From positions 352,001 to 416,000 of the forward strand of contig CAVSTP010000004.1 in the NCBI GenBank assembly GCA_963730935.1: a DNA stretch of 64,000 nt, read 5' to 3'. The notes beneath the pieces are model-generated. The model saw only the letters and a list, made by a program, of their open reading frames with translations. It was not told where the DNA came from and searched no databases. Origin of the DNA: an uncultured Nitrospiraceae bacterium. Its GTDB lineage: Bacteria > Nitrospirota > Nitrospiria > Nitrospirales > Nitrospiraceae. Of the stretch, positions 29,197-39,060 are shown piece by piece (the stretch's first letter is position 1; each line of letters starts with the position of its first letter). The translations under genes were made by a program, and so were the position numbers.

Positions 29197-30780
29197 ATGA
29201 GAATTCCGACTCTTATCCTTGCAGTGGCAGGCTCCATTCTTCTGGGGCATATGCCTGCATTTGCAGACGATGAAAAACCAGGCGAGGTTGAAAGCCGTGG
29301 TACCTCGAAAATCGAGCGTCCGATGCAGCCTGGAATGGCTGCGGCACCCGGCGCGCCGGGACAGCAGAAATTCCAGTTGCCCACCTGGCCACAGAAATTC
29401 ACTGTCGAAGACCGGAAACCGGCCTCACTCGGGCTTGCGGTCACGCAGCCCGGACCGCTCGTCGTCGATGTTCAATGGCAAGGGCCGGCGTTGGAGGCGA
29501 CGCTGCGTGGGCCGATCGCACAACCGATCGTGCAACGTGGGCAGGGCCAGCTACGTATTACGTATCAGGTGGCGCCTCAGGACGTCCAGAAAGGCATCCT
29601 ATGGGTGGTGAACTTGACGCTTCCTCCGAATACCAAAGGCCAAGCCACGGGTCAGGTGATGGTGCAACATCCCGCTGTGAACGAGGCGCAAGCCGAAACC
29701 GCAGTGCGCGCGCGGGTTAGCCAGGCGCAGCAACAGACCAAGCTAAGCCCGGCCGAAATTCAGGGTCACACCCAGGCTATCTTACAGGCTCACAAGAATG
29801 AGGATGCGCGACAGTACCAGCAGTACCTCAAGGAGACGGCGCTACAAGCGGACGCGCTTCTGAAGCAAAAGGGCTTTCAGGGACAAGTTCAAAGCAGAGC
29901 GCTCAAGCCGTCCCGAGATCCTGCTGCACAATCTTCACAGATTCCACCCGATGCTCGAAGAAACCTACAGGGGTTGGTACCTCCGCCCCCGCATATCGAC
30001 AGCTTGAGTGTGACGTATGCCTCCCCGGGTGCGAACGTTGTGATTCAAGGCAGTGGTTTCACCAATAGAGTCGGGCATGTCCTGATGTCGACGACGAACG
30101 CAGCGGTGCAGCCGGAGGCGAAGGTGGTTCAAAACGCTTCAGGACCCATTTGGTCCGACACGCTCATCGAGGTCACTGTGCCGGAACTTACCGGCGTCAC
30201 CGTGTTCAACTCGAATTTGTTCGTCGTTGTAGAAGGCGATCCAGCTACCGGTCCACTGATCAGCAATTGGGCTCCGTTCCTATTTACCCCCCGGCAACAG
30301 ACGAGGGTGTTCTCGATGGTGTCACCGATCGATCATCGTCTTGCAACCTCGACTGGTCCTAGCGAACTGGGCGGATTCGGGACTGAGGGAGGGGTGGCTG
30401 GCGAAGACATCAATCACAGCAGGATCGTCGCCACTCTTTTTTTCAATCCCGATATCTTTTTCGGGCACGATGGGCATGACCGGTTCTATGAAAATACCAC
30501 GCTGCAGAACGGCTGGAGAGTGACCTGCGTCGAGGTCATCCCATTTGATCTACACAATTGCCGTCCCAACAATAATACCGTCTATGGCATCCCTCCAGGG
30601 ACAGGGGCGTACATCTACAGCGTGAACCAGAATGCCGGGCCCATAAGGCTCGACGTCAGATGGTGGTTCGACGCATTCGTAATGTTCACGAGCTACAAGT
30701 ATGTCTTTGTTATCAGGGGACCCGAAAATGTACCGGACGGGCTCTTATGCCATACGGTGGCCGCTTGCAGCGCCCCATGA
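29197..30780 (+). CDS. Exported protein with IPT/TIG-like domain
   Basis: Signal peptide ending AFA; PHIDSLS...PGANVVIQGSGF...WSDTLIEVTVP; GEVESRG and GQVQSRA motifs. Confidence 0.75.
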   Translation: MRIPTLILAVAGSILLGHMPAFADDEKPGEVESRGTSKIERPMQPGMAAAPGAPGQQKFQLPTWPQKFTVEDRKPASLGLAVTQPGPLVVDVQWQGPALEATLRGPIAQPIVQRGQGQLRITYQVAPQDVQKGILWVVNLTLPPNTKGQATGQVMVQHPAVNEAQAETAVRARVSQAQQQTKLSPAEIQGHTQAILQAHKNEDARQYQQYLKETALQADALLKQKGFQGQVQSRALKPSRDPAAQSSQIPPDARRNLQGLVPPPPHIDSLSVTYASPGANVVIQGSGFTNRVGHVLMSTTNAAVQPEAKVVQNASGPIWSDTLIEVTVPELTGVTVFNSNLFVVVEGDPATGPLISNWAPFLFTPRQQTRVFSMVSPIDHRLATSTGPSELGGFGTEGGVAGEDINHSRIVATLFFNPDIFFGHDGHDRFYENTTLQNGWRVTCVEVIPFDLHNCRPNNNTVYGIPPGTGAYIYSVNQNAGPIRLDVRWWFDAFVMFTSYKYVFVIRGPENVPDGLLCHTVAACSAP

Positions 30781-30867
30781 CCATCAGCTGATGGGTTAGC
30801 AGCGCCGAACCATGAGAGAACTATTCGCTGAATGGATCGTAGGGACATTCGTGCACCTGGAGGAATC

Positions 30868-32436
30868 ATGAACCGCAACTTCTATCGGGAATGGCTCATT
30901 GCAGCACTGCTTGTAGCGGGATGCACTGGAAACGAACCCGTCATCGATCCAAGTCCAAACGGAGTCGAGAGCCGCGGCGTGCCGAAGACGCAGCGTCCGG
31001 TGAAGCCGGGGATACAGGAGCAACCAGGTGCCAACCTCAAATCGCCCACTTTTCCACAAAAATTCGAGGTGCAAGGCCCTGAAGTAGACTCCTTCGGGTT
31101 TGCCGTGACACAGCCAGGTCCAATCAACGTCGATGTGCAGGCGCAGGGTGCGCCACTGCTTGTGACACTGCAATCAGCCGGCGGCAAGCCAATCACGCAG
31201 ACTGCGACAGGCGGGCTGCGAATGAGTTACAACGTCACGCCGCAGGATGTGCAACGCAGTGTGTTCTGGGTGGTGCAATTCCGCTTGGCACAGCCAATAC
31301 CGCCGCTGCAGGGCGGTCGCGCAACCGGAACCGTGAACGTGCAATACCCGCCAGTCGATCAAGCGGCAGCTCAGCAGGCCGCGCAAACACAGCTCCGGCC
31401 GCCAACTCAACAGGAACTCGACCAGGCACGCGCACAAGGGGAGGCGCAGGTGACCGAAATCATCAGCGCCAGGAAGGCGCAGTTTGCCCAGGATCAAGAA
31501 CGCCGCTTTCAGTCGGACCGGGCCAGAGTGCAGCCGTTGCTTGATCGCATGAGCGCCGGGACACCAGGACAGGTGCGGTCTCGCGGTCTCGATGAGAAGG
31601 AGCCATCAGCCATTGAGCCGGCACAATCTAGCGAAGAGATTACCTCGCGGGCGATTCCAGACAAGCAAGTACTCCAATCATCCAAGCAACAAACCATCTC
31701 ACAGCAGAACTCCGGAAAGATGTCGGGCATCCTACCTCCGAGTCCGCCACAAATTACCTCATTGAGCGAAACCAGTGGTGGCCCGAAAAAGACGATCATC
31801 ATCAACGGGACTGGCTTCAGCACGGCTCAGGGTCAAGTCTATTTCACTGCGCCACCTGACCGAACATTCTCGGCGACCATCACCAATTGGACGGATACGG
31901 GTATCGGGATTGAAATCCCGAACGTGACGGGCGTCATGCCTTATCAGGCGAATCTCTATGTGCAACGCGGCCAGGACAGGAGCAATACCGTTCTCTTTAG
32001 TTATGTCCCGAGGCCGGAGTTAAGGACTATCCGAAGCATGACAGACGATAGGCGCCACAGTGGAACCGTCTTGACCAACTATCTGGCTGGGCCGGGAAAC
32101 AAGATGATGCATGTTCGAATACCTGGCATTCCTTTCAGCGAGTTTGCTGGAGAGAAGGGGAATGACGAGTACTTTCTGAGAACTCAATTGAAGAATGGCT
32201 GGACGGTGGCTGGAGCTACAATGCTCAAGAATCCGGTCAACGTCACGGTGAGCGCGGCACAGGCCGGAACGTATCAGTGGCTAGGCGACGGGTACATCCA
32301 GGAGCAGGGCACTGGCTCTAACCCGTACCTCAATGTCAGGTGGTGGGTAAACGCCTTCACGCCATTTACCATCTACTATTTCCTGATCGATATCGTCGGT
32401 CCGGAAGGGATTCCGGACGGCGTGGTGATTCCGTAG
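30868..32436 (+). CDS. Lipoprotein with IPT/TIG-like domain, paralog of 29197-30780
   Basis: Lipobox VAGC; PQITSLS...IIINGTGF...WTDTGIGIEIP; shares PQKFxV, AVTQPGP, LxNGW and VRWW with the upstream gene. Confidence 0.75.
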   Translation: MNRNFYREWLIAALLVAGCTGNEPVIDPSPNGVESRGVPKTQRPVKPGIQEQPGANLKSPTFPQKFEVQGPEVDSFGFAVTQPGPINVDVQAQGAPLLVTLQSAGGKPITQTATGGLRMSYNVTPQDVQRSVFWVVQFRLAQPIPPLQGGRATGTVNVQYPPVDQAAAQQAAQTQLRPPTQQELDQARAQGEAQVTEIISARKAQFAQDQERRFQSDRARVQPLLDRMSAGTPGQVRSRGLDEKEPSAIEPAQSSEEITSRAIPDKQVLQSSKQQTISQQNSGKMSGILPPSPPQITSLSETSGGPKKTIIINGTGFSTAQGQVYFTAPPDRTFSATITNWTDTGIGIEIPNVTGVMPYQANLYVQRGQDRSNTVLFSYVPRPELRTIRSMTDDRRHSGTVLTNYLAGPGNKMMHVRIPGIPFSEFAGEKGNDEYFLRTQLKNGWTVAGATMLKNPVNVTVSAAQAGTYQWLGDGYIQEQGTGSNPYLNVRWWVNAFTPFTIYYFLIDIVGPEGIPDGVVIP

Positions 32437-32470
32437 CCTAGCTTGTTCGGCGGCCTGTGGGAGGAAGACG

Positions 32471-32740
32471 ATGAAATTTCATGGAATCTCACTCTTGCTC
32501 ATTTTCACGGTCCTTTGGCTGCCTGCAGCCAGTATTGCCGGCGATGTTGCACAGTCGCCGGCCACTCAAGGGACGCAGCCGCAAAGTGGTTCACCGGCTT
32601 CAAAAGAAAAGACTGCCAAGAAGCCTAATCAAGATGACGTAAAATCCCGCGGTCTGTTCAAAAAGAAGAAAAAGAAACAGAAAGGGGGCTCGGCAGCCCA
32701 TTCACAGCCTTCGGAAAAGACAGATTCGCCGACACAGTAG
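32471..32740 (+). CDS. Small exported protein with poly-Lys tract
   Basis: Signal peptide ending SIA; DDVKSRGLFKKKKKKQK. Confidence 0.65.
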   Translation: MKFHGISLLLIFTVLWLPAASIAGDVAQSPATQGTQPQSGSPASKEKTAKKPNQDDVKSRGLFKKKKKKQKGGSAAHSQPSEKTDSPTQ

Positions 32741-32824
32741 TTGGAACGTGAACAAGTCCACGATGAGCCGCCTACACATGACCGGGGAACAAGACGAGAA
32801 TCATCACATTGGTATGGAGGATGT

Positions 32825-33355
32825 ATGAAGCGAACAGGGCTTGTTCTTCTGCTCATGGTGGGCACATCCGTCATGTGTGGATTGCCTGCACATGCCGCGC
32901 CGGAATTTGCCGTCTCGGTCGCGGGGCAGATTCAAGGGAAGTTTAAGGGCGAGGGGAGGAAGGGATTCGAGGACAAAATCATGGGGCTGAGCTTCGATCA
33001 GGAGGTGGTCAGTCCACGTGATGTGATCACCGGACAGGCCATTAACAAGCGTTCCCACAAACTCATCAAAATTAAGAAGGTCTGGGGGCCGGCGTCCCTG
33101 CAATTCGTGGCCGCCGTCACAAAGAATGAATTACTTACAGTGGTGATGGACTTCTTCGTCACCGATCAGAGCGGCATGGCCGTTCTGGACCATACCGTCA
33201 AATTGACTAACGCATCCGTTGCATCCTACAAGACAAGTTCCGACGTGAGCACCACGGCTCCACAAACCGATACCATCGAGTTCGTTTTTCAGCAGATCGA
33301 GATCACCGATCACCGCGGGAAGGGCGCTCTCATCGATAACTGGATCGCACCGTAG
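32825..33355 (+). CDS. hcp: Hcp/TssD-like tube protein with N-terminal signal peptide
   Basis: VAGQIQGKFKGE, SPRDVITGQAINKRSHKLIKIKKVWGPAS, VKLTNASV, IEFVFQQIEI; preceded by MKRTGLVLLLMVGTSVMCGLPAHA; GGAGG RBS. Confidence 0.8.
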   Translation: MKRTGLVLLLMVGTSVMCGLPAHAAPEFAVSVAGQIQGKFKGEGRKGFEDKIMGLSFDQEVVSPRDVITGQAINKRSHKLIKIKKVWGPASLQFVAAVTKNELLTVVMDFFVTDQSGMAVLDHTVKLTNASVASYKTSSDVSTTAPQTDTIEFVFQQIEITDHRGKGALIDNWIAP

Positions 33356-33367
33356 TATCGGGGTCCC

Positions 33368-34093
33368 ATGGATCGTGTTCAGTATTTCGAAAAGAGCTAT
33401 GCAAGAGAAAGCCCTTTCTCGTATGCATGTCACGCCTGCCGTCGCTGTTGCTACGACAAGATCATACACGTGAATCCGTACGAAGTTGGGCGGTTGGCTC
33501 TGAATCGTCGGATGAGCACCACGGAATTCCTGTCCCGCTATACAACGTCGAACGGGACCACCTTGAAACAGACCGGGCGGGGAGCCTGTGTATTCCTGAC
33601 GCCACAAGGTTGCGGTGTTCATCCAGACCGGCCTCTGGTATGCCGGCTCTACCCCTTAGGACGGAAGGTCAGCGCCGACGGCGTGGAGCGATTCCACGAA
33701 GTGACACCTCACCCGCAAACGGAAGGTGAGTATGGAGCCGATGGTACCGTGCAAGACTTCCTGAGCAAGCAAGGAGCTCAGCCCTTTATCCACGCGGTGG
33801 AGCGCTATGTTGACCTGATCAGCCGAGCGGCCACTAGGATGCGAGACGTTATAAATAACAGCAACTTACACGATGATGTAAAACAATTACTTGAAGGTAT
33901 TCCTCAGGAGGGGTCCGGCCAGGTGCCTTCATGGCTCGACATGGACCAGGAGGTGGCGCGTTACTGTGACGCGCGTCATCTGCCAGTGCCGGGCGACGTG
34001 GAAGCCAAAATGGAAGTGCATCTGCAGGCCATTGAAGACTGGATAGGCAATTCACAATCACACGGGGAGGAAGACCATGGCAGAAGGAGATGA
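33368..34093 (+). CDS. YkgJ-family cysteine-cluster (CxxCxxCC) protein
   Basis: CHACRRCC, ACVFL...GCGVHPDRPLVCRLYP. Confidence 0.85.
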   Translation: MDRVQYFEKSYARESPFSYACHACRRCCYDKIIHVNPYEVGRLALNRRMSTTEFLSRYTTSNGTTLKQTGRGACVFLTPQGCGVHPDRPLVCRLYPLGRKVSADGVERFHEVTPHPQTEGEYGADGTVQDFLSKQGAQPFIHAVERYVDLISRAATRMRDVINNSNLHDDVKQLLEGIPQEGSGQVPSWLDMDQEVARYCDARHLPVPGDVEAKMEVHLQAIEDWIGNSQSHGEEDHGRRR

Positions 34094-34370
34094 ACGAGGG
34101 CGCGTGCATGGACTCGCGGTAGCGGCGGCACTGACGGTGTTGAGTGCGTCTGTCGGCGTCAAGATGCAGGAAGTGATTGCGGCAGACCCGCCGGACCAAC
34201 TTCGATCCAATCAATCGAAAATCACCCCTCCCCCTATACCGGGATCACAGCAATCGAAGTTCGACAGCACGCAGTCCAAACTGGACCGGAATCAGCAGAA
34301 CTTGCCCTCGAAGCAGAGCAAGGAGCCGGTCATGCCCGGAGTGAGGCCGCCGATCGATCCGCCTCGATAG
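34077..34370 (+). CDS. Small protein with a hydrophobic segment and repeated SxQSK motif
   Basis: GGAGG RBS; SNQSK, SQQSK, STQSK, SKQSK. Confidence 0.6.
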   Translation: MAEGDERGRVHGLAVAAALTVLSASVGVKMQEVIAADPPDQLRSNQSKITPPPIPGSQQSKFDSTQSKLDRNQQNLPSKQSKEPVMPGVRPPIDPPR

Positions 34371-34425
34371 CGAAGGGGCCGCATCGTCGATTGATTTGAG
34401 GGTACTGCGATCACAGGAGGCATTC

Positions 34426-36483
34426 ATGCGTCCAGTTCTGAGCTATGTTTGCTTGTCAATGTTGTTGATTCCCGGCATCGCGCTTGCCGGTGCGAACCCG
34501 GTCGTGGACGCCTTAGCGGCCGGGACAGTCGTGCAATTTTCCGGGAAGGAAGCCGTGTCCCAGGCGTACGAGTTCGATGTCATGGTTGCAACCAGCGACA
34601 AGAATCTTAGTCTGTCCTTGGCCCTGGGGCAGCCCATCGCAGTTCCCGTGGCCGCCGGGCGGGCGATTGTTGGAATGATCGAGCGGATCGAGCAGATCGA
34701 TGGGGCGGCGGCGCAGGGCTTGTATCGTCTCCGGATTGTCTCGGGCATGAACCGCCTGAAATATCGGAGCGCGAATCGCACGTTCTATCTCAAAAAAGTC
34801 AGCGACATTGTTCAGCAGGTCCTCAAGGACGCGGGCATCTCGAATGTGGAATTCCGCCTGGCCGGTTCCACAGAGGCCGAAGAGATGACCATGCAGTACC
34901 AGGAATCGGATTTTGCTTTCGTGTCCCGCCTCCTGGAGGGCGCAGGCATCCACTATCACATCGAGCCGACACCGGCCGGCGACAAGGTGGTCTTCAGTGA
35001 TACGAATACCGCCTTCCCGCCTTCGCCTGCCGGAAAAATTGTCTTTGCCGTCAGCAGCTCGCCTTCAGTGAATTCCTTCACGCGCGGTGTGTCCCTCCAT
35101 TCGGGCCAGATTCAGGTCGGCGATTACAATTGGCAGACTCCCGAGACGAATCTGACGTCCACGACCCAGGGCCCGGCCTTCGTGGATCTCACGGAGGGAG
35201 TATTCCCCGGCAGGGTCGAGACGGCAGCCGAATCCCAGGCGGTGGGCAATCTCCGTCTTGGCGCGCGCATCGCCGATGCGCAGGCGTGTGCCGGAGAGTC
35301 CACCTATCCGCAGCTTCAGGCCGGGCAGCGCGTGGTGTTGGGCAATCATCCGCGCGCGGATTTCAATCAGGAGTATGTCATCACGGCGGTCGAGCATCAG
35401 CGAACGGGCAAAGACTACCGCAATTCATTCCGTTGTCTGCCTGCCCAGGTGGCCTTTCGGCCGCTCCTCGCCACAGCGATTCCGGTCATCGGGGGGCTCG
35501 TGCCGGCGATCGTCACAGGGCCGGCAGGGGAAACCAAATTCGTGGACAAATACGGCCGAGTCAAGGTGCGGTTTCCTTGGAGAGCTGCGGCGGGAAACGC
35601 TGGAATCGAGGGTGATGCCGGATTCGTGCGCGTCGCTCAAATTGCGACCGGCGCTGGCTCTGCAGCCATGTGGCTGCCGGATGTGGGCGATGAAGTCTTG
35701 GTGGCGTTTGAGCATGGCGATCCCCGCCGTCCGGTCGTCGTGGGCAGCGTCTATAACGCCAAGGACATGCCGCCGGTCGCCTTGCCCGCCAATAAACATC
35801 TTTCGATTTTGCGCCACCAGGGTGCCAACGGCGTCAGAACGGAATTGGTCCATGATGGTACTCCGGGAAATGAACGGATGTTCATCCAGTCAGGTCAAAC
35901 GGCGCTCACACTTGCGAGCGGCGGTGGTACGCAGGTCCCCAGTGCCTTACTCACTTCGGCGGGCGACGTGGTCCAAAAGGCCGGCCGCGTCTTGTCGATG
36001 GATGCGGGGACTGATCTGGTGGTCAAAACAGCTCAATCCCTTTCGGTCACCAGCCAGAAAGATGCTGTGGTCACCGTTGCGGGGAATACGAACTTCACGA
36101 CGGGTGTCGCTCTGAAGGCCACGGTGGGAGCCGACGCCCAAGTGACCGTCGGAGGGAACGCTGTCGTCGACAGCGCAAAGGATTTCTCTATTCGGACGGG
36201 ACAAAACTTCCTCTTACAGAGCGCGAAGATGGCGCGGTTCACAGTGGGGGAGGACGCCTTCTTTCAAACCGCAAGATCCTTTGTCACGAATTCTGGAGCG
36301 ATGTTCCAATTTGTGGCGGGAGAAACAGGAACGTTCAAGGTCGGCGACGCCTCGTTCTTGAGCAGGAAGGACGGAACGATCAATCTGACTGGGAAGGACA
36401 TCGCGATTGTGGGCAACGGGACGACGACAGTGAGAGCCAGCGGCGATCTCATCCTAAAAGGATCCAAGATCAACCAGAATTAG
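34426..36483 (+). CDS. vgrG: VgrG/TssI-like spike protein with N-terminal signal peptide
   Basis: FSGKEAVSQAY, MQYQESDFAFVSRLLE..GIHY, DKYGRVKVRFPW, LPDVGDEVLVAFEHGDPRRPVVVGSVYN, beta-helix tail ending KGSKINQN; starts MRPVLSYVCLSMLLIPGIALA after AGGAGG. Confidence 0.9.
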   Translation: MRPVLSYVCLSMLLIPGIALAGANPVVDALAAGTVVQFSGKEAVSQAYEFDVMVATSDKNLSLSLALGQPIAVPVAAGRAIVGMIERIEQIDGAAAQGLYRLRIVSGMNRLKYRSANRTFYLKKVSDIVQQVLKDAGISNVEFRLAGSTEAEEMTMQYQESDFAFVSRLLEGAGIHYHIEPTPAGDKVVFSDTNTAFPPSPAGKIVFAVSSSPSVNSFTRGVSLHSGQIQVGDYNWQTPETNLTSTTQGPAFVDLTEGVFPGRVETAAESQAVGNLRLGARIADAQACAGESTYPQLQAGQRVVLGNHPRADFNQEYVITAVEHQRTGKDYRNSFRCLPAQVAFRPLLATAIPVIGGLVPAIVTGPAGETKFVDKYGRVKVRFPWRAAAGNAGIEGDAGFVRVAQIATGAGSAAMWLPDVGDEVLVAFEHGDPRRPVVVGSVYNAKDMPPVALPANKHLSILRHQGANGVRTELVHDGTPGNERMFIQSGQTALTLASGGGTQVPSALLTSAGDVVQKAGRVLSMDAGTDLVVKTAQSLSVTSQKDAVVTVAGNTNFTTGVALKATVGADAQVTVGGNAVVDSAKDFSIRTGQNFLLQSAKMARFTVGEDAFFQTARSFVTNSGAMFQFVAGETGTFKVGDASFLSRKDGTINLTGKDIAIVGNGTTTVRASGDLILKGSKINQN

Positions 36484-36504
36484 GCGAGCGACCGGTTCCT
36501 GTTC

Positions 36505-37062
36505 TTAGAACGCTTGGTTTTTCGCCAAATCCCATCCGCCCACCGAAGGCGATTGCTGCACTGGTTGTCCTGTGGCTGGATTGAATTTGAACGCCGTCCA
36601 ACGAATACGGCTGTAGCTGAGCTTCACTTCTTCAGTAGGTACCTCACCCTGTGAACGTCCTGCAGTGGAATACGCTGCCACTCTGACATCGAACAGTTCC
36701 AGTTTGAGAAAGACGTGAGAGGTGGCACCGGTGGTTTTTACAATTTCCACCACTGCAGTGGAAAACGGTAGACCGCTGGCTGCGGCCATGGCCAAGGCCG
36801 GCGAAATGGAATCCGTGAGCTTGACAATCGCCAAGGGTTGGAACAGGACTTTCGCCGTACCGGGTGGAACGCCCAGAGCGCTGGGCAATCCAAGTGCCGA
36901 ACTGTAGGAACTAATGTTTGTCCAATTCGTCCGACCAGGAAAAGTCGATTCTCCCTGTAAACCCTGAATCAGCAAGAACCCGTCTACCGCGCCAAAACTC
37001 ACTTGAACAGCAACGAATGACCATACTATTGTGCAAACGAGAGTGAGCAATGCTCTCTTCAT
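36505..37062 (-). CDS. hcp: Second Hcp/TssD-like protein with N-terminal signal peptide
   Basis: AVDGFLLIQGLQGES, KLTDSISPAL, LKLELFDVRV, PTEEVKLSYSRIRW, GWDLAKN; preceded by MKRALLTLVCTIVWSFVAVQVSFG. Confidence 0.85.
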   Translation of the reverse strand: MKRALLTLVCTIVWSFVAVQVSFGAVDGFLLIQGLQGESTFPGRTNWTNISSYSSALGLPSALGVPPGTAKVLFQPLAIVKLTDSISPALAMAAASGLPFSTAVVEIVKTTGATSHVFLKLELFDVRVAAYSTAGRSQGEVPTEEVKLSYSRIRWTAFKFNPATGQPVQQSPSVGGWDLAKNQAF

Positions 37063-37134
37063 GACCGTCCCCTCCATCAGTTCGTGATGTTTCCTATCGC
37101 CGGGCAGTCGTCGGTGTCGATCCAGAGAACCTCT

Positions 37135-39015
37135 TTATTGACCCAGATTGACCGACAAGGGCTGACTCACCATCCCCGAACGGTTAACGATGACGGTGTT
37201 TTGGCTGACCGGCACTGGGTTCAATCGAACGCGAAGCACCGTATTGTTCGCTGTCAGGAAATCTCCAGGAGATGACGATCCTGTGACCACCCGTGGAGAT
37301 CCGTTGGCGCCTGTGACGACGACAGTCAGTCGGCACACTTCTGTCATATCCCCTAGATTCGTCCCGCTGATCTCCAGGCCATCAGCGGTTCGTACCGCCG
37401 AAGTAATGACTGGCGTGTATTGGGGCCACGTCGCCGGGAATGTGAACGAAAGAGGTTGGGACGTTCTGGCGGAAAGCGTGCCGTAGCCACTGGTGACAGC
37501 CACCTGGTTCGGAGTGCCACGCACAAGGGGCAGCGTTTGACATCCCGTGCCGTAATTCACCGCGATTTTTGTATTGCTCACTTCACGAAAATATGCCGTC
37601 GCAAATCCCTGGGAGGGAATGAATATCCCGGTCGATCCCGCCACGAATGACATGAAAGTCGAGGGCGGGTTATTGCCGAAATTGGCGCCCAGTACGTCGA
37701 ATCCATAGTTGGTCAACTGGATCGTGGTGATTGCAGGCGTGGGAGTGTGATTGATGGTAAGGGCTCGACTCATACCACCGGCGCCTGGGGCGATGCTGCT
37801 GATCCGATGGGAGATGGTGCCGTTAATGCCAGGATTGTTCACCTGGATGCGAACGGTATTCGTGTTCAGCCCGGTGACGACCTGGAGCGAAAGTTGCGAC
37901 TGCGGGACTGTATTGTTGTTTTCGAGGAGACGCAATTGGTTCACATCCGATCCAAGACTGGCCTCCGGTCCTTCCAGAATGTACCCCCCGGGAATTGATA
38001 CACCGTTGGTAAGAACGAGTCGTTTCGGTAGAACGGCTGTGACGACGTTGCTCTGCACAGTCCCATAGTGGGAATCTGGCGCGGTGATGACATGCGTGGT
38101 AGCGCCCTGCACGATTTCGTCTCGAACACGGAGTGTATTGTCATCGATCACCTGGATTTGGGCCCCGGTAATCACCTTTCCAACAGTACCGTCCGCCAAC
38201 CGTTGATTGGTCGCGGCTGCGGCTGTGATTTGTAGCTGGGCAACCTGCTTTCCGAGGCCCGGCCCAACGATGTCGTATCCCAATGGTTGGTCAGTGGAAA
38301 TTGGGAGAGACTGCACCCTTTGGATCACCGGAGGATTCGGCACGAAGACGAATTCCTGGTACGGGAGGCTCTGGGGGCCAAGAACTTGAGTATAGACAAC
38401 CCTCCCCTGAACAACTTCTTGTTTTGGAACCCTCCGTTGTACGACAAACGTGTAGCAACCCGATTGCTGTATTGAGGGTGCGTTGATGAAGAACCCGCCA
38501 AGAGACTGACTTTGGACGACCGCGTTATTGACGATGAGCTGAGGAATCGTCTGGGTGAGGGATGCGGTGTCATTTGGCAAATAGCCTTCGCTGAAGTCGT
38601 TGCCATTGATCTCAAGGACCTTGCCGTCAAAATTCCATGCGACTCTGGTGATGAGCGGCAATTGCACAGTAGGAAGTGTCAGTTTGGAGGACGGAAGGGA
38701 AGGGGGGGACGGCGGTGTGAAAGGGGATGGCGGCGATGGGCTTGAGGACTTTGGCGGAGCGGCCGACGCCTGGAATGCAGCTTTGGAAACAAATTGTCCA
38801 TTCACGGTGTATCCCGTTGGGCAGGTTGCCGGTGTCTTGCCTCCCAATGACAGATTGGGAATCGGCGATTGGATCAATGGCTGGGTCTGGGGGAGGTTCC
38901 CACGGGTCGTCACGTCCTCTTGTTCTGTTTGAGCCACCGCCTCGAGGCTTCCAGTAGAGCCTGCCGACAAGGCGAACAATAAGAAGATTGATAGACAGTG
39001 CCAACGCCTTCTCAT
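37135..39015 (-). CDS. Exported protein with tandem IPT/TIG-like beta domains
   Basis: Signal peptide; EDVTTRG; repeated PxIT...I.G.N[FL]G pattern. Confidence 0.7.
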   Translation of the reverse strand: MRRRWHCLSIFLLFALSAGSTGSLEAVAQTEQEDVTTRGNLPQTQPLIQSPIPNLSLGGKTPATCPTGYTVNGQFVSKAAFQASAAPPKSSSPSPPSPFTPPSPPSLPSSKLTLPTVQLPLITRVAWNFDGKVLEINGNDFSEGYLPNDTASLTQTIPQLIVNNAVVQSQSLGGFFINAPSIQQSGCYTFVVQRRVPKQEVVQGRVVYTQVLGPQSLPYQEFVFVPNPPVIQRVQSLPISTDQPLGYDIVGPGLGKQVAQLQITAAAATNQRLADGTVGKVITGAQIQVIDDNTLRVRDEIVQGATTHVITAPDSHYGTVQSNVVTAVLPKRLVLTNGVSIPGGYILEGPEASLGSDVNQLRLLENNNTVPQSQLSLQVVTGLNTNTVRIQVNNPGINGTISHRISSIAPGAGGMSRALTINHTPTPAITTIQLTNYGFDVLGANFGNNPPSTFMSFVAGSTGIFIPSQGFATAYFREVSNTKIAVNYGTGCQTLPLVRGTPNQVAVTSGYGTLSARTSQPLSFTFPATWPQYTPVITSAVRTADGLEISGTNLGDMTEVCRLTVVVTGANGSPRVVTGSSSPGDFLTANNTVLRVRLNPVPVSQNTVIVNRSGMVSQPLSVNLGQ

Positions 39016-39060
39016 GCCAACCTCCTTTTGTCCCCAGCCGCACGTATCGTCGCTTGTTTG

